64,000 bases of DNA from an uncultured Gammaproteobacteria bacterium (GCA_903928015.1 CAIYPF010000103.1:12602-76601); one strand, 5' to 3'; positions 43,097 to 52,444 are shown, counted from the stretch's first letter. A program made the numbers and translations. Notes: generated by a model not told the origin, from the letters alone.

Positions 43097-44094
43097 GCGC
43101 CAGCCTGCGCGCACGCCTGCGCGGGCTGATCGAGTCGCGCTGGGAGCGCTGGCTGGCCAGACGGGTACCGCCAGCACGGGAGGTACTGCTCACGCAGCGA
43201 AACGTCTACATCATGCCTTCTGCTCAGGGTTACGGTTTTCTGTGCTTGCTGCTCGCAATGCTCCTTGCCGGGATGAATTACGAGAACAACCTTGTTTTCG
43301 CTTTCACGTTCTTGCTCGGCGGACTCTTTGTGGTCGCCGTGCTGCACACTTACGCCAATCTCGCGGGGCTGACGCTTTCCGGTGCGGGGTCGAGTCCCGT
43401 GTTTGCCGGTGAGCGTGCGGCTTTCAGCCTCTGTCTCCGGGATTCTGCCGCCCGCTGTCACGATGCCGTCGGCATATGGTGGCGGGACGGGGACGAGGCC
43501 GAGGCGCGAGTCGCGCCCGGTGGCGAGTCGACGATCACGCTGCACCTGTATGCCACCCGACGCGGCTGGTTCCGTCCCGGGCGGCTGCGTGTGCGCAGTC
43601 ATTATCCCTTGGGCCTTCTGCGCGCGTGGTCCTGGATCGACCTCGACCTTGCCTGCCTTGTCTATCCACGCCCGGCGGCTTCGGGCGCATTGCCCGTGGA
43701 GGCGGGCCGCGGCGACGAGGGTTTTGCCACGCCGGATGCGGGAAGCGAGGACTTCAGCGGGTTCAGGCGTTACGTTCCCGGGGATCCGCTGCGTCACGTC
43801 GCCTGGCGTACGCTCGCGAAGGGACAACCACTTCAGACGCGCGAATACATCGCCTACGCAGATCGCTCGCTCTGGCTCGACTGGCAGCAGAGTGAGGGTG
43901 CGGGCGGCGTAGAGGAAAGAGTGTCGCTGCTCTGCAGATGGGTTCTGGAGTTGCACCGTGCGCAGCTGCAATTCGGATTGATACTGCCCGATGTGCGCAT
44001 CGAGCCCGGGAGCGGTGATACGCACCGTGATCGCGCCCTCACAGCGCTTTCGCTGTTCGGCCTCCCGGCTGCCGTTGGCGCGGGCGCAGCATGA
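43093..44094 (+). CDS. DUF58-domain protein (MoxR partner; VWA-like fold expected)
   Basis: ATGA overlap with moxR. Two N-terminal TMs. DFSGFRRYVPGDPLRHVAWRTLAK is the DUF58 signature block. Confidence 0.75.
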   Translation: MSASLRARLRGLIESRWERWLARRVPPAREVLLTQRNVYIMPSAQGYGFLCLLLAMLLAGMNYENNLVFAFTFLLGGLFVVAVLHTYANLAGLTLSGAGSSPVFAGERAAFSLCLRDSAARCHDAVGIWWRDGDEAEARVAPGGESTITLHLYATRRGWFRPGRLRVRSHYPLGLLRAWSWIDLDLACLVYPRPAASGALPVEAGRGDEGFATPDAGSEDFSGFRRYVPGDPLRHVAWRTLAKGQPLQTREYIAYADRSLWLDWQQSEGAGGVEERVSLLCRWVLELHRAQLQFGLILPDVRIEPGSGDTHRDRALTALSLFGLPAAVGAGAA

Positions 44095-46133
44095 GCATGC
44101 GCCTGCCCAGACGCAGCCTCCTGTGGGTGATGGGGGCGCTTGTCGTCTGTACGGCGCCCCATCTGCCGCATCTCGCACCCTGGGTTCCGGCTGTGCTCGG
44201 TTTCGCGCTTTTCTGGCGCTATCGCGTGTATCAGGGGCGCTGGCCGTTCCCACCGGTCGCGGCAAGAGCTCTGCTGGTGCTGGTGTCGTTTCTCGGGGTT
44301 GGCTTGCAGTTTCGCACCATCAACGGCCTCGACCCCGCGATTGCGCTTCTCGTGATCGCTGCTGGCCTGAAGACACTCGAAATGCGGGACACGCGCGATT
44401 ACCTGATCGCCTGCTTCACCGGTTATTTCCTGGCCTCCTCCCAGGTGCTTTTCGAGCAGGAAATCCAGCACGCGGCAATGGCGCTTGCCGGGCTCGTTGC
44501 GGTGACGGCGGCCCTGGTCGCGCGCCATCAACGGGAAAGTGCGCGCGGCTTCCCCTCGCCGTTGCTGCTCGCGTCGAAGATGCTCGCGCAGGCCTTGCCG
44601 TTGATGCTGATGCTGTTCGTGGTGTTTCCGCGTATAGCCCCGCTGTGGTCCATGCCCCAGAGCAAGGCCGCCGCAAAGACGGGCCCGTCGGACACTCTTT
44701 CCCCTGGCGATATCGCGCGCCTCGGGGGCTCGAATGCGCTCGCATTCAGGGTGGCCTTCGATGGGGCTCCCCCGATCCAGCACGATCTTTACTGGCGCGG
44801 GCTCGTGTTGTCGCAGTTCGATGGTCGGGAATGGAGCGTTCCGGCCTTTGCGCGTATGGAGGCCGATCTCGCGCTGCGCGGTCTGCGCAAGGTGGCGGTA
44901 CGGGAACCCGTGTCAGTCCCGGGTCGCGAGAGCGTTGAGTACCGGGTAATCCTTGAACCCAGCAACCGGCAATGGGCCTACGCGCTGGGCACGCCACGCG
45001 CCTGGGACGAGGGGCTCCGCATCGGCAGCGATTTCCGCCTGATCAGCACAACGATGATCAGCCAGCGCAAATCCTATTGGGTGCAGTCGGACCTCGATGC
45101 CACGCTGGAGCCGGAACTTCCCGCGCTGCGTCGGCCACTGGAATTGCGCTTGCCAGAGGGCTTCAACCCGCGTGCCCGTGAGATGGCAAGGCAGTGGCGC
45201 GCAGGTGCCCGTTCGGATCGCGAATTCATCAGCCGGGTGCTCGCCTGGTTCCGTCAGGAGAATTTCTTCTACACGCTTACGCCGCCGCTCCTCGGGCGTG
45301 ACAGCGTCGATGATTTCCTGTTTGGCGAGCGCAGGGGCTTCTGCGAGCACTACGCCAGCGCCTTCACCTTCCTGCTTCGCGCAGCGGGGATTCCTGCCCG
45401 CGTGGTTGTGGGTTACCAGGGTGGCGAGCGCAATCCGTACGAGAACTACCTGCTCGTGCACGAGTTCGACGCCCATGCCTGGTCCGAAGCATGGTTGCCG
45501 GGGGAGGGGTGGGTGCGCTTCGATCCCACAGCGGCCGTAGCGCCCGGGCGGATCGAGAGCAGCCTGGGCGAGGTGCTGTCCGATGAGTTTCTGGCGGGCT
45601 CCCCGCTGGCCTTCGAACGCTACCGCGGCATTCCCATCATCGCGCTCGTCAGGATGCGCTGGGACTTGCTCACGTACCAATGGGCAAAGCTGGTCCTCGA
45701 GTACGACACCGAACGTCAGGCGGCTTTGCTGAACCGCATGCTCGGCGGGCTCAGTCCTGCTCGCCTGGTGGTCGCGATGCTGGTGGCAGGTGGAGTGGCG
45801 CTGATGCTTGTGGTGTTCAGCCTGTTCGGTGCCGTTCCGCGTCGCAGACATGATCCGGCCACGCGGGCGTACCTGCGCATGTGCACGTCGCTCGCCCACT
45901 CCGGACTTGTGCGCTTACCGGGAGAGGGGCCTATCGACTACTGCGAGCGGGTTTGCCGCGAGCGCCCGGAAATGGCAGCGGCAGTGCGTGGCATCACAGA
46001 CGATTTCCTCACCCTCGGTTATGCTGGGACGCAATCGGCCGCACGGCTGGCACGCTTGCAGGCCTCAGTCCGGCGCTTGCGTGCAAGCAGGGCATTTTTC
46101 TTCAGCGGTACCTCACGGAACAGCAGTACATGA
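44091..46133 (+). CDS. tgpA: Transglutaminase-domain membrane protein, TgpA-like (DUF3488 N-terminal TM region + transglutaminase core + C-terminal TM)
   Basis: ATGA overlap with DUF58. About six N-terminal TMs. Transglutaminase core RRGFCEHYASAFTFLLRAAGIPARVVVGY...DAHAWSEAWLPGEGWVRFDPT (Cys-His-Asp). Confidence 0.8.
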   Translation: MSMRLPRRSLLWVMGALVVCTAPHLPHLAPWVPAVLGFALFWRYRVYQGRWPFPPVAARALLVLVSFLGVGLQFRTINGLDPAIALLVIAAGLKTLEMRDTRDYLIACFTGYFLASSQVLFEQEIQHAAMALAGLVAVTAALVARHQRESARGFPSPLLLASKMLAQALPLMLMLFVVFPRIAPLWSMPQSKAAAKTGPSDTLSPGDIARLGGSNALAFRVAFDGAPPIQHDLYWRGLVLSQFDGREWSVPAFARMEADLALRGLRKVAVREPVSVPGRESVEYRVILEPSNRQWAYALGTPRAWDEGLRIGSDFRLISTTMISQRKSYWVQSDLDATLEPELPALRRPLELRLPEGFNPRAREMARQWRAGARSDREFISRVLAWFRQENFFYTLTPPLLGRDSVDDFLFGERRGFCEHYASAFTFLLRAAGIPARVVVGYQGGERNPYENYLLVHEFDAHAWSEAWLPGEGWVRFDPTAAVAPGRIESSLGEVLSDEFLAGSPLAFERYRGIPIIALVRMRWDLLTYQWAKLVLEYDTERQAALLNRMLGGLSPARLVVAMLVAGGVALMLVVFSLFGAVPRRRHDPATRAYLRMCTSLAHSGLVRLPGEGPIDYCERVCRERPEMAAAVRGITDDFLTLGYAGTQSAARLARLQASVRRLRASRAFFFSGTSRNSST

Positions 46134-47173
46134 GCGATCTACTCCAGACTCTTCTTGCGCGCCGTCCCTGGCTGCTGGCCGATGGCGCCACCGGGACCAA
46201 TCTTTTCGCGATGGGCTTGCAGACCGGCGATCCGCCAGAGGCCTGGAATATCGAACACCCGGACCGCATCGCGGCCAATTACCGCAGCTTCGTCGATGCA
46301 GGCGCAGACATCATCCTCACCAACAGTTTTGGCGGTAACCGTTACCGCCTGAAACTGCATGGCAACGAGGGCCGTGTGGCCGAACTGAACGAGGCCGCCG
46401 CACGCATCGCCTGCGAGGTGGTGCGAGAGAGCGGGCGCGAGGTCGTGGTCGCGGGTTCCATGGGGCCGACCGGTGAGATCTACGCCCCGATCGGCCCGCT
46501 TGCAATCGAGGACGCGCGCGCCGCTTTCCGTGAACAGGCCGAGGCGCTGGTGCGTGGTGGTGCCGACGTTCTCTGGATCGAGACCATCTCATCGCACGAG
46601 GAAATGGAGGCCGCAGTCGAAGGGGCCTCCGGTCTTGGTTGTCCCGTGGTCTGCACCATGAGTTTCGATACCAATGGCCGCACGATGATGGGGCTTGCAC
46701 CCGGAGACGTGGCAAGCACGGTGGCGGCTTTGCCGCACCCGCCACTTGGCTGTGGCAGCAACTGTGGTGTCGGCCCGTCAGAGACCGTACTCAGCGTTCT
46801 GAACATGGCGCGTGGCGCCACGCCCGATCAGGTGATCGTGGCGAAGGGCAACTGTGGCATTCCGCAGTGGGCAGCCGGACATATCGTCTATGACGGCACG
46901 CCCGAATTGATGGCGTCCTATGCGCGTTACGCCTTTGCGGCGGGAGCGAGGATCATCGGTGGTTGTTGCGGCACCACGCCGGAACATCTGCGTGCAATGC
47001 GGCAGGCGCTCGAGAGCAGCACTGAACATCCTGCCGCTCCATCGCTCGACGAAATCCTCGCTGCATTGGGCGATGTCTCGAACGGCGCCAAGGCGCAGTA
47101 CGGAGGTGATCTCAGCGTTGCAGGTGGGAGCGCGTCGGGCGCAGGAGCACGCCGCGGTCGCCGCTCCCGCTGA
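46130..47173 (+). CDS. Homocysteine S-methyltransferase family protein (stand-alone Hcy-binding domain, BHMT/MetH-N-terminal-like)
   Basis: ATGA overlap with the tgpA-like stop. Zn-ligand Cys motifs GSNCGVGP and IIGGCCGTTPEH. 347 aa. The ORF-track N-terminal extension (45881) lies inside tgpA. Confidence 0.8.
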   Translation: MSDLLQTLLARRPWLLADGATGTNLFAMGLQTGDPPEAWNIEHPDRIAANYRSFVDAGADIILTNSFGGNRYRLKLHGNEGRVAELNEAAARIACEVVRESGREVVVAGSMGPTGEIYAPIGPLAIEDARAAFREQAEALVRGGADVLWIETISSHEEMEAAVEGASGLGCPVVCTMSFDTNGRTMMGLAPGDVASTVAALPHPPLGCGSNCGVGPSETVLSVLNMARGATPDQVIVAKGNCGIPQWAAGHIVYDGTPELMASYARYAFAAGARIIGGCCGTTPEHLRAMRQALESSTEHPAAPSLDEILAALGDVSNGAKAQYGGDLSVAGGSASGAGARRGRRSR

Positions 47174-47188
47174 ACGGGGCGGCGGCTA

Positions 47189-48400
47189 TCAGTCGATCAG
47201 GTATTCGTCAAAGCGTCCGCGCATGCAGTGGTTGGAAGCGCTGGATGAGCCATACCCACCGGCGTTCATCAGGGCAAGCAGATCGGCTTCGGCGAGCGGC
47301 GGGAGGTCGATGTCCTCGGCAAGGATGTCGATTGCCTCGTTGATGTTTCCGGTGACCGTGTACGTCCTGAGCGCTCCGCTGCGCCGCTGCAGGGGAGCCA
47401 CGATGAAGGGCGTCTGGTAGTAGGCCCAGAGGTTCTGCAGGTTCAGGCCTGCATTCAGACCGGCAAACATCACCCCGGCTTTTTCTTCGACCGTGTTCAC
47501 TTCGCACACGAGCACACCCGCGTCCTTCATCAGGTAGTCGCCCGGCTCGAGATGGACCTTCAGGCCCCTGGGCTGCAGGTGGGATGCAATGAGCGCAGCC
47601 CAGGCCTCGAGGTCCAGCGCTTCACGATCGGCGGTGATGCGCGTACCCAGGCCGCCACCGATGTCCACCGTCTCCAGATCCGGGCAGCGATCCATGAACC
47701 AGGCCGAGGCCTCGAGCGCGGCAGAGAGGCGGGGCAGATCCTGCGTCAGGTAGCCGTAGCCGAAGTGGAAATGCAGTTGTGTCACCCGCATGCCGAAGGA
47801 GGCAGCTACGGATAGCGCTTCTTCAAAACGGTCCGGGTAAAGGCCGAATTTGCTCGGTTTGGCGCCGGCGTAATGGACGCCGGCGTGATAGCCCGCGCCA
47901 ACCTGCGGGTTGATGCGGATGCCGATCTCACGTCCAGGGCATCGCTCGCCAAGCCGGCGGATGGTTGAGATCGCGTCACAGTTGATGTGGACACCCGGGT
48001 GTGCCGCCAGCACGTCCAGATCGGCGTTCGAGACGGCGTGGCCGGTAAACAACATGTCGGTTTGCGCGAAGCCGCGATCGAGTGCGTAGAGCACTTCTGC
48101 CGGTGAGCAGGTGTCGATGCCGCAGAGATTCCAGGACCTCATGCGCTCCACCAGCGGAGCGAAGCGGTTGGCTTTGATGGCATAGAAAATACGGTGCGGC
48201 ATCCGTGCCGCATCCAGGGCGTTGATCAGCCGTTCGAGGTTGGCGCGAACGCGCTCTGCGCTGTAGACGAAGAACGGGGTCTCTCGACCGGTGGCAAAGG
48301 ACGCGAGATCACGGCCCCCGAACACCAGTCTCCCGTCGGCGTACTGGCGGTGCGAGTCCTGCCACCAGTCCGCCACGTCCTGCGCCGGCGCGCGGCTCAT
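47189..48400 (-). CDS. Fold-III (Orn/DAP/Arg) PLP-dependent decarboxylase-like protein, atypical (Cys-to-Asn in the GxxCExxD motif)
   Basis: YAIKANRF (PLP Lys), VDIGGGLG, LEPGDYL and VTGNINEAIDIL aligning to LysA VGPICETGDFL. ATGA overlap with the acnB stop. Confidence 0.75.
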   Translation of the reverse strand: MSRAPAQDVADWWQDSHRQYADGRLVFGGRDLASFATGRETPFFVYSAERVRANLERLINALDAARMPHRIFYAIKANRFAPLVERMRSWNLCGIDTCSPAEVLYALDRGFAQTDMLFTGHAVSNADLDVLAAHPGVHINCDAISTIRRLGERCPGREIGIRINPQVGAGYHAGVHYAGAKPSKFGLYPDRFEEALSVAASFGMRVTQLHFHFGYGYLTQDLPRLSAALEASAWFMDRCPDLETVDIGGGLGTRITADREALDLEAWAALIASHLQPRGLKVHLEPGDYLMKDAGVLVCEVNTVEEKAGVMFAGLNAGLNLQNLWAYYQTPFIVAPLQRRSGALRTYTVTGNINEAIDILAEDIDLPPLAEADLLALMNAGGYGSSSASNHCMRGRFDEYLID

Positions 48401-51018
48401 CTCATGGACACCTCGGTGATCTCGATGGCGGCGATGCGCTTGCCGTCTTCAGCGCCTTTCTGGAAGGACTCGATGGTGTCGAAGTTGAGGTAACGGTAGA
48501 TGTCGCTCGCCATCGACTCGATGCGCTTGGCGTATTCCAGATACTCCTCGACGCTGGGCAGGCGGCCAAGGATCGCTCCCACTGACGCAAGCTCGGCCGA
48601 GGTGAGATAGACATTGGCCCCTTCGCCGAGTCGGTTGGGGAAGTTGCGCGTCGACGTGGACAGCACCGTAGCGCCTGCTGCCACCCGGGCCTGGTTACCC
48701 ATGCACAGCGAGCAGCCAGGCATCTCGGTGCGAGCACCGACCCTGCCGTATATGCCGTAGTAGCCTTCCTGCATGAGGGCGTGCTCGTCCATGCGGGTGG
48801 GCGGTGCGATCCACAGCCGTGTAGGTATGGTGCCTTTGAATTTCTCGAGGAGTTTGCCGGCGGCGCGGTAGTGGCCGATGTTGGTCATGCAGGAGCCGAT
48901 GAAGACCTCGTCGACCTTGTCGCCGGCCACAGAGGAGAGCAAGCGTGCATCGTCGGGATCGTTGGGTGCGCAAACGATCGGTTCGCTCACCTCGGCAAGG
49001 TCGATGTCGATCACATGCGCGTATTCAGCATCTGCGTCTGCCACAAGGAGTTCCGGTTTGGCGAGCCAGGCTTCCATGGCGCAGGCGCGACGCTCGAGGG
49101 TGCGGGGGTCGCCGTAACCCTGACCCACCATCCAGCGCAGCAACGTGATGTTCGAGCGCAGGTATTCCGAGATGGTGGCCTCGGAGAGCTTGATCGTGCA
49201 GCCCGCGGCCGAGCGCTCGGCAGATGCGTCGGACAACTCGAAGGCCTGTTCGACGGTGAGGTTTTCAAGGCCTTCGATTTCCAGGATCCGCCCGGAAAAC
49301 GCGTTCTTCTTGCCTTTCTTCTCGACCGTCAGAAGCCCGTTCTTGATGCCGTAATAGGGAATCGCGTGTACGAGATCGCGCAGCGTGATGCCCGGCTTCA
49401 TCGTTCCCTTGAAACGCACCAGGATGGATTCGGGCATGTCGAGCGGCATCACGCCGGTCGCTGCGGCAAACGCCACCAGACCTGAGCCCGCAGGGAATGA
49501 AATGCCCATCGGGAACCGTGTGTGTGAGTCGCCGCCGGTGCCCACGGTGTCGGGCAGCAGCATGCGGTTGAGCCAGCTGTGGATGATGCCGTCGCCCGGG
49601 CGAAGCGAGACGCCGCCCCGAGTCATGATGAAGTCGGGCAGCGTGTGCTGGGTCTCGATGTCCACCGGCTTCGGATAGGCCGCGGTGTGGCAGAAGCTCT
49701 GCATCACCAGATCCGCCGAGAATCCAAGGCAGGCCAGATCCTTCAGCTCATCGCGCGTCATCGGGCCGGTCGTGTCCTGCGAACCCACCGTCGTCATGCG
49801 TGGCTCGCAGTAGGTGCCGGGACGAATGCCCTGCACTCCGCAGGCGCGGCCAACCATCTTCTGCGCCAGGGTGAATCCCTTGCCGCTGTCTGCGGGCTGT
49901 TGCGGAAGCCGGAACAGCGTAGACGCCTCGAGCCCGAGCTCCTTGCGGGCCTTCTGGGTGAGTCCGCGGCCAACGATCAGGTTGATCCGGCCACCGGCGC
50001 GGACTTCGTCGAGCAGCACATCGGACTTCAGTTCGAAGGAAGACAGCAACTCGCCCGTGGTGGCGTTCAGGATCTTGCCTTCATAGGCGCGGATCTCGAT
50101 CTCGTCACCCATTGCAATGCGGTCGACCGGCGCCTCGAATACCAGGGCGCCGGCGTCTTCCATCGTGTTGTAGAAGATCGGTGCTACCTTGCCGCCGAAG
50201 CAGACGCCACCGGTGCGCTTGTTGGGTACGCCGGGGATGTCGTCGCCGAAGAACCAGAGCACCGAGTTGGTGGCTGATTTGCGGCTCGATCCGGTACCGA
50301 CCACATCACCCACGAAGGAGATCGGCAGTCCGCGCGCCTGCAGCGCGGCGATTTGTTTGAGCGGGCCGATCGCACCGGCTTCGTCGGGCTCGAGGCCGTC
50401 GCGGCGCATCTTGTACATGGCGAGTGCGTGAAGGGGGATGTCGGGACGGCTCCATGCATCAGGTGCCGGCGACAGATCGTCGGTGTTGGTTTCGCCGCTG
50501 ACTTTGAAGACCACCGTCTTCATCGACTCGGGTACCGCCGGACGACGGGTGAACCACTCGGCTTCTGCCCAGGAGTGCACGACCGCAGTCGCGTGTGCGT
50601 TGCCTGCATGGTGCTTCTCGGCAACGTCGTGGAAGGCGTCGAACATCAGGAGCGTTCCCTTCAGTTCTTCTGCCGCGAGCGCACCGAGTTCGGCGTCATC
50701 CAGTGCATCGACCAGGGTGCCGATGTTGTAGCCACCGAGCATGTCGCCCAGCAGCCGTACCGCGCGTACACGGTCGATGACCGGCGAGGACGCCTCCCGG
50801 CGAACGATCGCGCTCAGGAACGCGGCTTTGACGTAGGCGGCTTCATCTACTCCGGGCGGAACCCGGTTGGTGATCAGGTCCAGGAGGAAGGCTTCCTCGC
50901 CAGCTGGCGGGGCCTTGAGCAGCTCGACCAGTTGGGTGGTCCACTCGGCGTGCAGTGGCTTGGCCGGAATGCCCTGGGCGGCGCGTTCGGCAACGTGTTG
51001 GCGATAGGCTTCAAGCAC
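48397..51018 (-). CDS. acnB: Bifunctional aconitate hydratase 2 / 2-methylisocitrate dehydratase
   Basis: Near-colinear with E. coli AcnB as remembered (LEAYRQHVAERAAQGIPAKPL..., GETNTDDLSPAPDAWSRPDIPLHALAM, GSCMTNIGH, GCSLCMGNQARV). The GTG start at 51018 gives 873 aa; the ORF-track extension to 51207 is non-homologous. Confidence 0.95.
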   Translation of the reverse strand: MLEAYRQHVAERAAQGIPAKPLHAEWTTQLVELLKAPPAGEEAFLLDLITNRVPPGVDEAAYVKAAFLSAIVRREASSPVIDRVRAVRLLGDMLGGYNIGTLVDALDDAELGALAAEELKGTLLMFDAFHDVAEKHHAGNAHATAVVHSWAEAEWFTRRPAVPESMKTVVFKVSGETNTDDLSPAPDAWSRPDIPLHALAMYKMRRDGLEPDEAGAIGPLKQIAALQARGLPISFVGDVVGTGSSRKSATNSVLWFFGDDIPGVPNKRTGGVCFGGKVAPIFYNTMEDAGALVFEAPVDRIAMGDEIEIRAYEGKILNATTGELLSSFELKSDVLLDEVRAGGRINLIVGRGLTQKARKELGLEASTLFRLPQQPADSGKGFTLAQKMVGRACGVQGIRPGTYCEPRMTTVGSQDTTGPMTRDELKDLACLGFSADLVMQSFCHTAAYPKPVDIETQHTLPDFIMTRGGVSLRPGDGIIHSWLNRMLLPDTVGTGGDSHTRFPMGISFPAGSGLVAFAAATGVMPLDMPESILVRFKGTMKPGITLRDLVHAIPYYGIKNGLLTVEKKGKKNAFSGRILEIEGLENLTVEQAFELSDASAERSAAGCTIKLSEATISEYLRSNITLLRWMVGQGYGDPRTLERRACAMEAWLAKPELLVADADAEYAHVIDIDLAEVSEPIVCAPNDPDDARLLSSVAGDKVDEVFIGSCMTNIGHYRAAGKLLEKFKGTIPTRLWIAPPTRMDEHALMQEGYYGIYGRVGARTEMPGCSLCMGNQARVAAGATVLSTSTRNFPNRLGEGANVYLTSAELASVGAILGRLPSVEEYLEYAKRIESMASDIYRYLNFDTIESFQKGAEDGKRIAAIEITEVSMR

Positions 51019-51220
51019 GGTGATGTCTCCTCGAAGGGTGACGGGGCAGGTGCCCCGGACTGCGCGCCGATTATAGTGCAGTGATGCAGCGGCCAGCAGC
51101 CGCAGATGCGGGGGATAAGCGAAGAGAATGGCGCGCGGCACTGGCGTTGCGAGCCTTGCCTTTGATGGCCGCCCGCAGGGATGATCCCCGACCTGCACCC
51201 CTGTCATCCGGAGAGGCTAC

Positions 51221-51880
51221 ATGATCAATGTCCACGGCTTTGCCGTCAGCAATTACTACAACATGGTCCGCATGGCGCTGATGGAAAAGGGCGCTGAATT
51301 CCGGACGGTCGAAGCCTTCCCTGCGCAGGACGCGGATTTCCTGTCACGCAGTCCGATGGGCAAGGTGCCCTTCGTGGAGACCCCCGAAGGCTTCCTCGCC
51401 GAAACATCCGTGATCCTCGAATACATCGAGGAGACGGTACCCGGGCCACGGTTGCTGCCGACGGATGCGTTCGGGCGGGCTCGCGTGCGGCAGGTCATGA
51501 AGATGATCGAGCTGTACGTCGAGTTGCCAGCGCGACGCCTGTTTCCGGGCGTGCTGATGGGCGCCACCAACCATGAGCAGACTGTCCGGGAGGTCGAACC
51601 GGTGCTGCGTCGTGGCGTTGCGGCGCTCACGGCGGTACTCGATTGCCGCTCCTGCGTGCTGGGTGACGAGCTTGGCCTGGCGGATGTCCTGGCGGTGTTC
51701 AGTTTCCCGATCGCCGGGATGGTCACGCAGAAGGTATACGGCTGGGACCTTGTGGCCGAGATTCCCGGACTGGCCGGGACGCTGGCAAATCTGGAGTCCC
51801 GTCCCAGCGTGCGGCAACTGAGCGCGGAATCGCGTGCCGGCATGGCTGCATTCCAGGCGCGGATCCAGAAAAAAAGCTGA
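51221..51880 (+). CDS. Glutathione S-transferase family protein
   Basis: Thioredoxin-like N-domain with SPMGKVPFVETPEGFLAETSVILEYIEE and a helical C-domain. 219 aa. Confidence 0.8.
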   Translation: MINVHGFAVSNYYNMVRMALMEKGAEFRTVEAFPAQDADFLSRSPMGKVPFVETPEGFLAETSVILEYIEETVPGPRLLPTDAFGRARVRQVMKMIELYVELPARRLFPGVLMGATNHEQTVREVEPVLRRGVAALTAVLDCRSCVLGDELGLADVLAVFSFPIAGMVTQKVYGWDLVAEIPGLAGTLANLESRPSVRQLSAESRAGMAAFQARIQKKS

Positions 51881-51952
51881 CGCTGCGCGAGAGGCCCCGC
51901 GGGGCCGGTGCGCTCCGCCGGCGACGACTGCCGGGGAGCGCGCAGAGGCGTT

Positions 51953-52444
51953 TCAGGAGATGGTGACCCGATCGATGGTGATGGCCTCTACGGGCACATC
52001 GTCGTGGTAGCCGCGGCGGCCCGTCTTGGTCGCCTTGATCTTCTCGACCACGTCCATTCCCGATACCACTTTCCCGAACACTGCGTAGCCCCAGCCCTGC
52101 GGAGAGGGGGACTTGTGGTTCAGGAAGTCGTTGTCGCTGACGTTGATGAAGAACTGCGCCGTGGCCGAGTGCGGGTCGTTTGTACGCGCCATGGCGATTG
52201 TTCCCTTGGCGTTTTTGAGCCCGTTGTCAGCCTCGTTCTTGATGGGGTCGCGCGTGGGCTTCTGGCTCATGTCGGGCAGCATGCCGCCGCCCTGGACCAT
52301 GAAGTTGTCTATCACCCGGTGAAAAATGGTCCCGTCGAAGAAACCGTCTTTTGCGTAAGTCAGGAAGTTCTCAACGGTGGCCGGTGCTTTCTCGGCGTCC
52401 AGCTCCAGTCCGATGTCGCCGAGAGTGGTGTGAAGGGTGATCAT
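51953..52444 (-). CDS. ppiB: Peptidyl-prolyl cis-trans isomerase B (cyclophilin type)
   Basis: [14 protein letters not shown] and [18 protein letters not shown] cyclophilin signatures. 163 aa. Confidence 0.93.
   Translation of the reverse strand: MITLHTTLGDIGLELDAEKAPATVENFLTYAKDGFFDGTIFHRVIDNFMVQGGGMLPDMSQKPTRDPIKNEADNGLKNAKGTIAMARTNDPHSATAQFFINVSDNDFLNHKSPSPQGWGYAVFGKVVSGMDVVEKIKATKTGRRGYHDDVPVEAITIDRVTIS

Noticed and set aside
42179-46133. MoxR ATPase operon as a phage-defence or mobile island
   Set aside because: There are no nuclease, integrase, repeat, tRNA-flank or compositional island signals. The genes sit inside a conserved housekeeping block and match the widespread chromosomal MoxR-DUF58-transglutaminase arrangement.
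51019-51207. N-terminal extensions in the ORF track. Example: acnB extended to 51207. Others: serA 253-387, rlmD 20148-20390, hypothetical 53113-53568, methyltransferase 45881-46129, cysS 54623-54910, glnS 53098-53232, moxR 42080-42178, nspC 6905-7036.
   Set aside because: The extensions lack homology to the known protein N-termini, are Arg/Pro-rich, and frequently overlap the neighbouring gene. Internal ATG/GTG starts reproduce the canonical N-termini and lengths.
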